Shown: positions 18,601 through 32,165, numbered from the stretch's first letter. The stretch: DNA of 64,000 nt from Salpingoeca rosetta (GCA_033442325.1 JAWQFM010000014.1:952435-1016434), one strand, 5' to 3'. Notes: generated from the sequence alone by a model not told the origin. Translations and numbers: made by a program.

Positions 18601-21153
18601 CTCACGCCCTACCTTGGGCAGCTGCTTGAGCTTCGCACGGCGCTGGCCGACGTGACGCACAACGTCGGCGTGGCCATCGACGACCGCGACATTGCGGACG
18701 CGCGGCAAGCTGGCGCAGACCTCGACACCAGCGTCAGGCACGAGCACGTGCACCGGGCGGCCACAGCCGGCAAAAAGGGCGCCAAGGACAAGGCGGGCGA
18801 CGACAGGCAGCAGCAGCAGCGGAAGAACGGTGATGCTGGTGGTGGTGGTGGTGGTGGTGCTGATGATGATGGCAAGGGTAATGATGACGTTGGGGATTTG
18901 AAGAAGCAGAAGCAGGCAAAGGCGAAGGCGGTGCGTGTGGCCACGATTGACAACTACCAAGGGGAGGAGTCGAACATCATCATCCTGTCCCTGGTGCGCA
19001 GCAACAAGCAAGGCAGCATTGGCTTCCTCAAGGAGAAGGAGCGGGTCAACGTCATGCTGTCACGTGCCAAGCTGGGCATGATCATCATTGGCAACCTGGA
19101 CACCTTCTACTTCGCCAAGGCAGAAAAAGGCCGCGACATGTGGCAGAAGCTCATCGACATTGTTCCTGCGGGCTGCATCACGGCCGGCCTGCCGGTGTGC
19201 TGCCAGCAGCACGCGGAGGTGCGCAACGTGCTGCGAACGCCGCAGGATTTTGACCTGCACGCGAGGGACGGCGGGTGCGAGCGCCAGTGCGTGTCTGTGC
19301 TTGCATGCGGCCACCCGTGCCCGCTCAAGTGCCACAGCGGCAGCCACGACCACATCCGCTGCACCCACGAGGAGTTTGTCAAGTGCCACAGCGAGAAGCA
19401 CGTGCTGCAGGTGAAGTGCTACCAGCTTCGGGCAGTGGAGGAGATGCGCAAACCACTGGAGACGCAGCAGCGGCGCGTCAGCACCAGCGACACCCCTTCG
19501 TTGTACTGCTCCTTCTGTGTGCGCGAGGGAAACCTTAAGCGATCGTTGGAGCGTGCCAAGGAGCAGCGACAGAAGCAAGAGATTGACAATCGCGTCAAGA
19601 TGAAGCTCATGTACGAGGAGATTATGGTGGAGCACGAGAGGCAGCTGGCCGAGCTGGAGCAAACGCGCCACACGCGCGACTACGAAGCGGAGAGGAGGCA
19701 AAAGGAAAACGAGATGCTGGAGAGCGTGAAGCAGATACGGCGGCAGATGCAGCAAGAAACGGCCGAGGCCGAGGAGCAGCTGCTCAAGGCCACTCAGGAC
19801 ATGAACGCCAAGCTGAAGGACCTTGAGGAGCAGGCGCAGAGAAAGCGCGTGCAGCTGACAGGGGAAATGACGAAGCGCCTGCAACAGCTGCGGCAGGAGG
19901 AGGAACGGGCGCGGACAGTGGCAGACGAGCGCGCACGCGACGAGCAGCGGCGACTGCAGGAACAGCTGCGGGCAGAGCAGCAGCGCATTCGCGGGCTGGA
20001 GGCCACGCTGGCAGCGCAGGGGGAGCAGCACAGGCAGGAGGTGGAGGAGAGGCGCGCGCAGGTATTGCTCGAGGCACGGCGCAGGCAGCAGCACCTGCAG
20101 AACTTGATTCGCACCAACAGGGCCCGCACCAACGCGGAGCTGAGGCAGGTGGAGGCCGCCAAGAAGCAGTTGGCCGAGGAGGAGTTTGAGTGCTGCATCT
20201 GCTTCGACGTCAAGCAGCGAGTGGACGGCATCACGTGCAAGCGCAACCCCCATTTCATGTGTGACGAGTGCTTTGATGGGTACGTGCACAGCATCGCCAC
20301 ACACGAGGAGCGGCTGGCAAACGGCCCTGAGGTCCGCTGTCCCGGTATCGACTGCGACAGCCCCGCCTTCACCTTCCGGGAGGTGGCCCAGCACGTGGGG
20401 GAGGAGACGAGCGAGCAGCTGTTCAAGCTCATCCGAGAACTGGCAGAGAAGGACGCCAACGCTGACTCGCGGAGGCGCATTGAAGAAGAGGTGGAGCGAA
20501 GGCTGAAGCAGACGCAGCAGGAGCGCAAGAAGGAGGAAGCACGCAAGCATATTACAGGGGAGATTCTCACGCTCCGCTGTCCTCGCTGCAAGACGGCCTT
20601 TGTTGACTTTGACGGCTGCTTTGCCCTCACTTGCAACAACTGCAAGTGCGGGTTCTGTGCGTGGTGCTTGAGGGACTGCGGAACGAACGCGCACCAATGT
20701 GCTGCCAGGTGTGGCACGCGCCATGGCGGACGTGGATACCACGGCACAGAGCAGCAGTTCAACGACCACCACAGAAAGCGACGTCAGCGCCTGCTGGACG
20801 AGTACATGGCCACGCTTGAGCCCGAAGTGCGCGAAGCCGTTACAGTTGCCTGCGAGAAGGATGCGCGTGACCTTGGACTTGTCATCTCGTCCAGGCCACG
20901 ACGACGCTCGCCATCACCGCCACCGGCAGCAGCGGTGGCACGTGCAAGGGCTGATGGTGTTGGTGGCGATCGTCGTGTAGCCCAGCGCGGGCGTGATGGC
21001 TTGGCCGCACGATTGCGTCGCCAGCCGCTTGTCGGTGCACGGCGCCACGATCCCTTTGGCCTTGTGAACAACGTTCATGGTGATGACGACGACGATGATG
21101 ACGACGACGACCACGTTATTGCGCGGCAACTGGAACAGATGCAATTCTGGTGA
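15700..21153 (+). CDS. Intronless ZNFX1-like SF1 (Upf1-like) RNA helicase with NFX1-type Zn fingers, coiled coil and C-terminal RING1 + RING2(Rcat) (~1817 aa)
   Basis: RGG-rich N-terminus. Walker A GPPGTGKT (17278-17301), CYTNHALDQFL, Walker B AEEAGEVLE (18121-), LIGDHKQLRP, ATIDNYQGEES, RVNVMLSRAK. NFX1-like C..VLACGHPCPLKCH (~19280-19400). RING CCIC..C..H.MC..C..RCP..C (20191-20356). Rcat CPRC..FDGCFALTC..C..FCAWC (20578-20712). First ATG at 15700. Confidence 0.9.
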   Translation: MSFRQRGGGGDGSRPGSAQHHPRGRGRGRGGSRGGRGGERGRGGGRGRGRGGSGRRNRREDDPRRRYFDAIKKKDGSATIKSHRDCERFLENVREHNDRIHLMYSLESTDMLNRLTLFLGPTNNVNAYLRQYLIPALEIFAEGDCDLPSMQNQRDTIFLALMEAPNLFPHFTKYLKLGAAPDTHVSFLGWFLTELAGAARRNNKRDEILERQDLKDLVDTLCAREVPFAEVLRGHLATNGNGNGNGNNALPPDQLHLAAFDPDSDALVPFRDISVTPTVNDIGQAPPAHLPRPPFTDSLEAVLNGQFRLLREALLGPIRERLQDAAVTRASGKEAFRTLFKVGPVGANAKYGAEMTFTFELHHNHPYHKRKKSDKAMFWERTSLLKRGSLVLLLQNGEPAMLAEVMQRDPKTLLNDQTVGLRMLEPGHLDDVIKQRTTRYHGYTMVMVAPNFFAFRPILQRLQDLHQLPFKEELLGGQPPEGERAPEYWRDDVQVEAAALAEELTLNPSQREALMHGMSNRVALIQGPPGTGKTFIGVALAKLLVRTCRQRILLCCYTNHALDQFLMELIEHVTKNVVRIGGHCKEEALEPYRLEMGKSDWTRDQASRYHELKDERTQLEKDVQRLDNALKMKMGVKWWSTLRRHLEDEHPDMCTSLSLPPHAAEPLLRQQQQQHRRRNRHEAEGDGFQVVGKDGKAVGLEYLFERWYEGKDAGVFAQYRAGDPLWALSKKERRAKFGEWEEEIRAPQREELARKLRRIRTITAEIDALRACGQEKKLANADVIACTTWGAAQNAMLLQRVRMPVVMAEEAGEVLEAHILTALPRDCKHLILIGDHKQLRPKVDHYPLTRESGKGFDLNVSMFERLADTLPVAKLQVQHRMRPEFSRLVREVFYPGVLGDHHSVEGREHIRGLQGDLVFINHKELEAAAQAKMVQHQSHSNPYEVGMVRATVRYLIQQQYDPSEIVVLTPYLGQLLELRTALADVTHNVGVAIDDRDIADARQAGADLDTSVRHEHVHRAATAGKKGAKDKAGDDRQQQQRKNGDAGGGGGGGADDDGKGNDDVGDLKKQKQAKAKAVRVATIDNYQGEESNIIILSLVRSNKQGSIGFLKEKERVNVMLSRAKLGMIIIGNLDTFYFAKAEKGRDMWQKLIDIVPAGCITAGLPVCCQQHAEVRNVLRTPQDFDLHARDGGCERQCVSVLACGHPCPLKCHSGSHDHIRCTHEEFVKCHSEKHVLQVKCYQLRAVEEMRKPLETQQRRVSTSDTPSLYCSFCVREGNLKRSLERAKEQRQKQEIDNRVKMKLMYEEIMVEHERQLAELEQTRHTRDYEAERRQKENEMLESVKQIRRQMQQETAEAEEQLLKATQDMNAKLKDLEEQAQRKRVQLTGEMTKRLQQLRQEEERARTVADERARDEQRRLQEQLRAEQQRIRGLEATLAAQGEQHRQEVEERRAQVLLEARRRQQHLQNLIRTNRARTNAELRQVEAAKKQLAEEEFECCICFDVKQRVDGITCKRNPHFMCDECFDGYVHSIATHEERLANGPEVRCPGIDCDSPAFTFREVAQHVGEETSEQLFKLIRELAEKDANADSRRRIEEEVERRLKQTQQERKKEEARKHITGEILTLRCPRCKTAFVDFDGCFALTCNNCKCGFCAWCLRDCGTNAHQCAARCGTRHGGRGYHGTEQQFNDHHRKRRQRLLDEYMATLEPEVREAVTVACEKDARDLGLVISSRPRRRSPSPPPAAAVARARADGVGGDRRVAQRGRDGLAARLRRQPLVGARRHDPFGLVNNVHGDDDDDDDDDDHVIARQLEQMQFW

Positions 21154-21683
21154 TTGGCAGTTGGTGGCGATGGTGGCGACGAGGATATGATCGCTGAAGG
21201 AGCTGCTTGTTTTGCTTCACCAGCGCGCATGGACAACATGGGTTGTCCTACCGTGTGCATCATCTTCTCTCACTTTCTTTCTTTTGAAACACTTTTCTCT
21301 TCTCAGAGCGCATGCATTTCACCCCACACGAGACGAATCCCCCCAACACTCGTTGCCGTTCTGTTTGAGCGGCACATGTGCATGAACTACACCTTGCCCA
21401 CAGCGCTATAGCGCTGCTGTTCAGATGTCCTGATGATCTGATGTGACTTGTCCTCACTCATGCCAGTGCTGGAGCACTCGAGCATGTATGCGTGTGCGTG
21501 CGACTGTTGTACCTGATGCCGTTCCCATATCTCGAAGTTTTGTATTGTCTTTTGTGTCGCCTACCTGCTTATGGATCGTGCGTGTTTCTCTCCCACGTTA
21601 CATTACTTGGCTGTTGTTCTTCTCCTAATGATGGGTGGTTGGAGTGTTGGACCCCAATAGAGCGCAAACGTTACATCGCGCGC

Positions 21684-21717
<34 letters not shown>

Positions 21718-22132
21718 GAGAGGGAGAGAAGCATTTGACATGACATGGTGGTTGCGTGCATCGAAGTTGCTGTTTAGTTGGTTGTTGCTGTATTGTGTGG
21801 AGAGAGAGCCAACGTACAGGGGCACTGGGCACAAGCTAAACAATGAGGGGACTCTGGTGACACAAATACCACGCGAAGAGGGCGTGCGAGCACACAACTG
21901 CCTGTCACGCAGCCCGCGGGTGCTTGAAAATTGCACAACACGTGGGGAGAATGAATCCAACACAGCCGTCCACTCTCCACATACTCTCACGTAACTCAAC
22001 AGTATACAAATTGCACGAATACACCAGATGTGACGCACATGTCACGCATAACATGCATGAGAGCGCGCCACACACACATACACACACACATACGCTTGCC
22101 ACGCGTGGCTGCACCAAACGATGATTTCGAGC

Positions 22133-23391
22133 TCATTGTTCCGCTGCGTCGGGCTTGTCTGCATCTGGTGCGTCGCCATCAGCACCGTCGTCATCGTCAT
22201 CACCGTCCTGTCCATCCTCATCCTCATCCTCCTCCTCCTCCTCGTCACTCGACCACGACTCCTCCACGCAGTCGCGCACTTTGCGCTCGTACTCTCTCCT
22301 GTTCTCCCGATACAGCTGTGCCGCCTCCGCATTTGCCGGGCTGTTTGGGTTTGGTTCGTCCAGCAGCGATTGGATGGACGTCAGGATACCCGTGATATTG
22401 TACGTCGGGCTCCACTTGTTCTGCAGAATGTCGAGGCATATCGACCCATCCTTGTACACTGCACAAGTGTGTGTGTGTGTGTGTGAGTGTGAGTGTGTGT
22501 GTGTGAGTGCGTGCGTGTGTGTGAGAGAGTGTGTGTGTGAATGTGAGAGAGACAGTGTGTGTGTGTGTGTGGAATGCCAGCGTTGTGATGAAAGCAAGCA
22601 TCCACTCAAAATTGCGCGAGAAGGGAGCGCATGCGCACTGCGTGTGTACAGACGATACGCCCTGCTGCTGGCCTCACCGTTGGGGTGGTAGACGCGGGAA
22701 ACAAACTTGACGACAGGCGCCTTGTTTGGGTAATCCTCTGTAAATGTGAGCGTCAACTTGAATGCGCCATCCTCGAACGGTGTTCCTTCAGGTCTGAGGT
22801 ACGAAGACAGGACGAAGGCGTGAGATCGTGCAAGTGCGCGTCTGTTCAAGAACACTGGTTTGGTGCCTGCGCGTCGTGCTGGTGTGTGCCTGTGTACTTG
22901 TGTCTCATTCAGGCACACACACACTCACACATTCACACTCATTCACGCACACATACTTGTCTCATTCACGCACACATTCACACACACACATTCACACCCG
23001 CGCGCGCACGCGTTAGCGTACCCGAAGATGACGGCGTGCCAGGTCATGATATCATTCTCCACGGGAGCACCCATGATGCCCTGGATTCCCACACCACACC
23101 AACAAAAAATGCGTCAGTTGAGAAGTGCCACGGTGTGATAATGATCACCTTTGTATGCACGTGCATGTACGTATGAACGTGTGCGAGTGTGTGTATGTGT
23201 GTGTGTATGTTTGTATGTATGTGTGTGCAGGTGTTGAACGCTGGGCGGCAGCAGTTGCAGGTCAGGCGCATTCAGAGCAGCCCGTCTGCAGTGTGGTGTT
23301 GTGTCAAGGGGTATACCTGAGGTGGATCCTCCTGCAGGCGCTTGAAGTCTTTCATGAGGCGCTTGCGCGCGGGTGTGATGGAAGAGGACAT
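22133..23391 (-). CDS. RAD6: Ubiquitin-conjugating enzyme E2 Rad6/UBE2A with acidic tail
   Basis: Four exons: [25 protein letters not shown]|[20 protein letters not shown]|[17 protein letters not shown]|[33 protein letters not shown], followed by a D/E-rich tail. Confidence 0.95.
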
Positions 23392-23894
23392 GGCTGTATT
23401 GGGGGGAGGGGGGAGTTGTTTCGATGCTCTGCAAGGTATGGAAGGCTGTGGTGTTAGTGCGCTTGGCTTGGAGGAGTGCGTGATGGGCGACGGCCGCTCT
23501 TGGAAAACACGCGCACAAATGCGACGGCAGTCCCGGCGTTGTGTGCTTGTTTGAGCGATGTGATGATGACGGTGTGGATGTCGACACAATTTGACTTTGA
23601 AGCCAAAACGAAGGTGCTGGCGGTGTCAGAGGTCTGCTGCAGTTGAGCGTACGCAAAGTGTTGAAGCTACGTGCAGGTATGTTTCTGTTCCGTGGCCAAG
23701 AACACAGAGAGCGTTGACAACCAACGGAGAACAACAAGGAAAGGGAGGAGGTGGGGGTGGAGGGGCAGTATTCCTGGTGCTTGTTGTTGTGATTGTTGTG
23801 ATTGTGGTGGTGTGTGTGTGTCGTTGCGACCGCTCTCGTCGTTGCTTTTTGTGATTGTGGCTACATTTTATGCTGTCGATTTCAACATTCGAGG

Positions 23895-25619
<1,725 letters not shown>

Positions 25620-25692
25620 CCTGCGTGTAGTGTTCGTGGACGAGACAGTGTCGATGCAGCTGTACGTTTGTTTGTTTGTGTGTGAGTTCGTG

Positions 25693-25730
<38 letters not shown>

Positions 25731-25958
25731 GTAGCCGTACGTCTGCGCGCGCGCGTGTGTGTTTAGCTGTACGTCTCTGTGTGTGTGTGTGCCCTGTTCA
25801 TGTGCGTTTTGTTTTGTTCTTGTCAGTTCTATTCGACACTCATGTCTAGTGTCAGCATGTGTGGCTAGCTGTTGCCTTTTGGACACTGCGCCTTGCTGTC
25901 AACAAAAACACGCAATGTGGCCTGTGTTCTGCACATAAACAACACCAAACACCACCGC

Positions 25959-26019
<61 letters not shown>

Positions 26020-26202
26020 CTACGACTGTGTTCAAAGTGTCGCTGGTTTAAGTACACTGGTACACACACGCAAAAGGCTCGCAAGAGAAAACGGAAAGAT
26101 GCAAAGCAAAACAAAGAGCAATACGCACGCACGACAAGGAGGAAGCAGAAAGGCAGAAAAAGAGCAGAACAAACACACACGTCAGTCAAGTCATTGAAGA
26201 GA

Positions 26203-28003
26203 TCAGTTGTCGGCGTTGTTGTCGTTGTTGTTGTCACCGCCTTCGTCGTTGTCGTTGTTGTTGTCACCGCCTTCGTCGTCGTTGTTGTTGTTGTCACCAC
26301 CTTCCTGGTTACCCTCACCACCTTCCTCGTTGTTGTTCTCACCGCCTTCCTGGTTACCCTCACCACCTTCCTCGTTGTTGTTCTCACCACCTTCCTGGTT
26401 GTTCTCACCACCTTCGTCGTTGTTGTTGTTGTTCTCACCACCTTCGTCGTTGTTGTTCTCACCACCTTCCTGGTTGTTCTCACCACCTTCCTGGTTGTTG
26501 TTCTCACCGCCTTCCTGGTTACCCTCACCACCTTCCTGGTTGTTGTTCTCACCACCTTCACCACCTTCCTGGTTGTTGTTCTCACCGCCTTCCTGGTTAC
26601 CTTCACCACCTTCGTTGTTGTTGTTCTCACCGCCTTCCTGGTTACCTTCACCACCTTCGTTGTTGTTGTTCTCACCGCCTTCCTGGTTACCCTCACCACC
26701 TTCCTCGTTGTTGTTGTTGTTCTCACCACCTTCGTCGTTGTTGTTCTCACCACCTTCCTGGTTGTTCTCACCACCTTCCTGGTTGTTGTTCTCACCGCCT
26801 TCCTGGTTACCCTCACCACCTTCCTGGTTGTTGTTCTCACCACCTTCACCACCTTCCTGGTTGTTGTTCTCACCGCCTTCCTGGTTACCTTCACCACCTT
26901 CGTTGTTGTTGTTCTCACCGCCTTCCTGGTTACCTTCACCACCTTCGTTGTTGTTGTTCTCACCACCTTCCTGGTTACCCTCACCACCTTCACCACCTTC
27001 GTCGTTGTTGTTGTCACCACCTTCACCAACTTCACCCTCGTTGCTGGCCGTCCGAGCAATCACCTCCTGCGCCTGCTGCACGTGGCGAGTCAGCGCGTCC
27101 TGGTCTCGCATCAGCGCCACCGTGGCCTCGTCGTCTTGTTCGAGCAGCATCCCCGTGATCCGGCCCGCGTTGACCCGGTCGAGAATCTCCACGCGCGCAA
27201 ACAGCCGGTCGCCAAGGAACTGCCATCGCTCCTCCTTGCTCTTCCCCGCCAGCTGCTCCAGAATGTCCTCGGGAAGCGGTGCAAGCAACTCATCGTCGTG
27301 GCTGGCTGGCACAGCTGGTTCGTCGCCAGCATGCTCGTCATCATGCTCGCGGTTGGCATCCTCACCATTCGCTTGGCCCTCACCAGCTTCCTCACCTTCA
27401 CCTTCACCATCACCAGCTTCCTCTTCACCCTGTTCACCATCATTGGCACCATCACCACCATCAGCGTCGGCCTTGGATGCTGCCACGGCCGCAATCATCT
27501 GTTCCATCTCCTGCTTCTTCGCCTGCACGTTGGAGAAGTCCGGGTCGACGTCTGCACAGCGCGTGTATGCGTCCAGCGCGGCATTAAAGTCCTCCAGCCC
27601 TTCGTGTGCCTCTGCTTTGCGGAAGAGCGCCTTGACGTTTGCTGGGTCCTTGTTCAGCACAACAGCTGTGTCAGCCAACGCCTCCTCATATTGCTTCAGC
27701 TTCAGGCGGCACTCGGCGCGGTTGTTGTATCCGCCAAGGTTGTTGGCGTCCAGCTCAACGCAGCGCGTAAACGCGGCCACCGCTTCCTCAAACTTTGAGT
27801 CGTTGAAGCACGCAATGCCTTCCGCCCTGGCTGCCTTGTACTGCTCCGCAATGTCATCGTCATCGGGTGTGGCGAGCTCTCCTGTGCTGCTGGCGGGTGC
27901 AGGTACTTGCTCCCCCTTGTTGTCGCCAGACTCATTGCCGTTGCCCGTGCCGGTGTCATCGCTGTTGCCACCGTTGTTGTCGCCAGACTCGTCGTCGTCG
28001 TCG

Positions 28004-28049
<46 letters not shown>

Positions 28050-28887
28050 CGTCGTCGTTGTTGTTGTTGCTGCTGTCGCCACCTTCGTTACCCCCCTCGT
28101 TGCCATCGTCACCAGCATCAACGTCGGCAGGGGCAGGAGGCTCCACGATGCCAATTGTGACGGCTGTGAGTGTCGAGTGTTCGCTGACGGCATCGCCAAT
28201 TGCCGCACGCAGCGCGTCGCCGTCCGCTCGACTCACGCCCGTCACCCTGAACGTCGCGAGCCCAGGCACATGGAGGGGTGGGGGGATACATGTGAGCGAG
28301 TGAACGTGTACGTTCGTATGGAATAGTGAGCGTCAGCTCGATAGACACACACACACACACACATATGCGTTGAGTGGTGTTCAGGAGCGAGAAAGCAAAG
28401 TGCAGCCTTTGAGAACACAGGGCGAGAACGAAGAGAGGCAACTCACGTGACTGTCTTGAGGGTGGTGCTTGACATGATGGCCTTGCGAAGCCAGCTCGCA
28501 TCATCACTGTCACCGCACTTGGCGCCGGGTAGCCTGCACATGTGCGCGTATGTGTGTGCGTATGTGCGTGTGGTTGTTGTTGTGTGAATAAACAGGGGGG
28601 TGTAGAGGCGATCGACACAGAAGTGACATTCAAACAGGAGTAAACGGCGCACAGGTGTGGTCATAGATGCTTGTGATTACATACGTCAAGTGCTGGAGAT
28701 GAGGAGTGAAGAGAAGCAGCGTGGACACGCTGTCACGCACACTCAGATCGCCGTCCGTGCGAGAGAGATCGAGGTTGGAGAAGCTGCAGCAAGAAAGGAT
28801 TCAGGGTTTGTGTGTCGTTGTACGAGTGAGAATGGGAAAGTTGGCATGTCGATGCATTGTGTGTGTGTGTGTGGTGTGGTGTGGTGT

Positions 28888-28947
<60 letters not shown>

Positions 28948-31900
28948 CGTCGTCATGTGATTGTTGCATGCAGGCATTGAAAAAAGGAGGGACAAGCACA
29001 ACACATGAACCAAGCACACACACACACACACCCTCCCCCCCCCCACACACAACCCTCATGAATTCTACCAACCTGACAGAGGTGAGATGCTGGCTGGAGG
29101 AGAGGATGTTGACCGTGCTGACGAGCACTGGAAGCTCAACGTCAGCACCCACGTCGGCTCTGTGTGCACACAAGAGAGAAATACGGCACGAGAAAAACAA
29201 AACAGCCAATCGTGTGAGTACAAGTATCTATCTCCACGCTCTCACGATGGTGTTATGAAGACGCACACACACACACACACACACACACTAAGACGCACAA
29301 ACACTAAGACGCACAAACACTAAGACACACACACACACACACACACAACGATACATACGCATTCACACACACATACTGTACACACGATACATACGCATGC
29401 AAGCACACAAACACAAGATCGAGCACAAGCCCACGAATGAACGCACGAGAATTCTGTCAAGGCGGCATCCTGCGTGCGAAGCTGCTGCAGCGTAAACACG
29501 GCCTCTTGCGAGAGGCCTGGCAGGTTCTCAGGCGTCACATCCTCAACAGCAATGGCACCGAGCTGGTCGGCTGCATGCGTGTCCATCTGGCGGTTGCGAA
29601 GGCGGCAGATGTCACCGAGGGCCTCGTTCAGCTGCGTAATATCGTCAAACAGCTGCACGCGCTCACGCACCACTGTCTCCTGCTCCGTGAGATCAAAGGC
29701 GTGCATGCGATCCTCCAGCACAGCCTTCCTCATCGCCTCCCAGTCAATCACCATGGCCGCGCTGGCAACGTACATGTGCAGCTTGCCCGTGAGAGGCTTG
29801 AGGTCGGGCGGCGTGTACTCCAGCGAAGCGGGCGTGACGATGCCATCGTCGTCGTCGCCTCCACCGGCGCTGCCGGGATGGTGGCGGAACGTGAACAACG
29901 TGCGATGATCGCCCACAAAGGTGGCAGAGAACTCCGCCACGGCGAGCGCCAGCACGCTGTCCACGTTCTCGTGGAAGAACTCACGCACGGCTTGTGCGGT
30001 GTTGGCGATGAAAGTTGGGAAGCGGTGCACGTTCATGGGCGACGTGTCCTCCTGCAGGGCACTTTTGACAATGTCGGCCACGGCACCGGCGATTGTCCCA
30101 TCCCTCAGGTCGTTGACAACGGCCGCAAGCTCATCGCTCAACTCGCGGTGCAGCTGACGCGCCTGCGCCACGAGGGCGGTGGTGGCATCGATGCCGGCAG
30201 CGTCGCCTCGCGCGCCCTCACGCACACGGTCCTCCGCCTGCTGTAGACGCCTGACGATCAGCTCAAACACGCGCCTGTTGATGGTGGCGTCAATCTCACG
30301 CTGGCGCTCGCCAATCAGCTCCGCGCTGCGGTCGCACAGCAGCACGCGCAGCTCGGCCTCTGGTGTGGAGGCGAGCGGGGAAGTCGCGTTGGTGGCGTCG
30401 AGACCGTTCAGCGTCTGCCTGGAGGCGGTGCACGCGTCGGGGACCGGGGTGGTGAAGTATGGTGACAGCTCCATGACGCGCGCACGCTTCGCCATGCACA
30501 GCTTGTGGGCGGTGTGGTAGGCACGGCCCACCCACAGGCGCATGTGGTCGCTGTCGTACACACGCTTGAGTGCGGCCAGGAACGCGGTGCGTCCAATGCG
30601 GCCGTTGAGCTCGTCAAACTGCTGCAGCCTGTCCGTGAGCTGCTCTTCCTGGGCGAGTGCGGGGGCGTATGCGGTGTGATCTGCCACGTCAGGTGTACGT
30701 GGGCTCGGCACGACAACAAAGCCGTTGCCAAACGCGTGCAGTAGATCGGCGTCAACCAGGGCACGCGCGTTTTCCTCTGGCCGCACGCCATTGTCCATGA
30801 GTGTCATGACGAGGGTTGCAGTCTCAAAGAGATGTGGGAACTTGTCTCCCAACTCGCCAATGGCCAGCACGTTGTTGAGCAGCGTGCCTGCGCGTGCCAG
30901 CACAATCGCGTGCAGGTTGTTCTGTGCCAACATCCTCTCACGAATCACCCTGTAGGTGTGCACGCGAACATGTTGTGTGTTTGTGCGTGTGTGCGTGTGT
31001 GCATGAGTGTGTATGAGTGTGTGCATGTGTGTATGAGTGTGTATGAGTGTGTATGGGTGTGTGTGTATGTAAGTGTGGGGTCAATGCTGTGAGGAACGAT
31101 GGTGACAGTGCAAGGGCAACACAGCAAACAAGGGAAACAAAATGAACAGCGAAGTGATTGCACACTCATACGAGCAAGGTGACGCACACAACACATACAC
31201 ATACGCACACAACACACACATACGCACACACACACACAATTGTACACACGCACACACGCACATGCACACTCATGAACACACACACACACACACTCACGTG
31301 ATGTCTGTGGCGAGTGATGGCGGGAGGACGACGCGACCAGGAATGTCGTAGGCGTTGATGCGCGGGAAGTGTGGTTGGGTAAGGCGGATGACAATCTCGA
31401 CATCGGTCGTGGCGTGCGGGTCAGTGCCCTGCAAGCGTGCGGCAAGGGCATCAGCACGGGCCTTGGCGCTCTCCTTGATGTGGTTCCATGGCACGAGGTC
31501 TCCAGTCACGCCTGCCTGCTGCTGGCCAGTTGGACCGCCACCGAACACGAGCGTGTCCAGAGCCACCTCCGTGCCGTCGGAACACGTGCGCTGCGTGATG
31601 TGCGGCAGCTGCATGGGGCCTGGGTGGAACTCGACCACAATGGTGGCGCGCGTGTTGTCGGGAAGAATGGGGATGTCGATGATGCGGTCGAGCAGCGAGG
31701 ACGCGCCGTCGCGCTGGCTGGCGGAGACCCCAAACTTGGTCTCAGGCAAGGCGGGCAAGGTGCCGTTCTCGAGGAGCTGCTGCACGTGTGGCAGGGAGAA
31801 GTCGGAGATGCCCTGGGGACGGGCGGCATCCGGCGCTTTGCTCACGTGGCGCTGCAAGGCGGCGAGCTCTTCCTTCTCGAGCGGCACTCCCCCCGTCAAT

Positions 31901-32120
31901 GGCTCTCCCGTGAAGAAGGACCTCAGGGGCTCATCGCGCCCAACCGTGGTCGCGTTGTCTGCCGTTAGCGTGCGTGTGCGGGTGTGCATTTTTGGTGAGG
32001 AGAAAGAAAGCAAACACAGACAGGAGAGAGTGTGTGATGATGTGTTGATTGTTGTTGGTGTGCAAGGTGTTGTTGTTGTCATCAATGCTGCAAAGCGGTC
32101 CATCAAGCATCAGGAGCAAC

Positions 32121-32165
<45 letters not shown>

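Noticed and set aside
26206-27030. CRISPR-like periodic repeats
   Set aside because: No unique spacers and no cas genes; it is an in-frame coding minisatellite in a eukaryote.
26194-28303. Long + strand ORFs (534 and 698 aa)
   Set aside because: Antisense shadows of the repeat-rich TPR/MLLE exon; no domain content.
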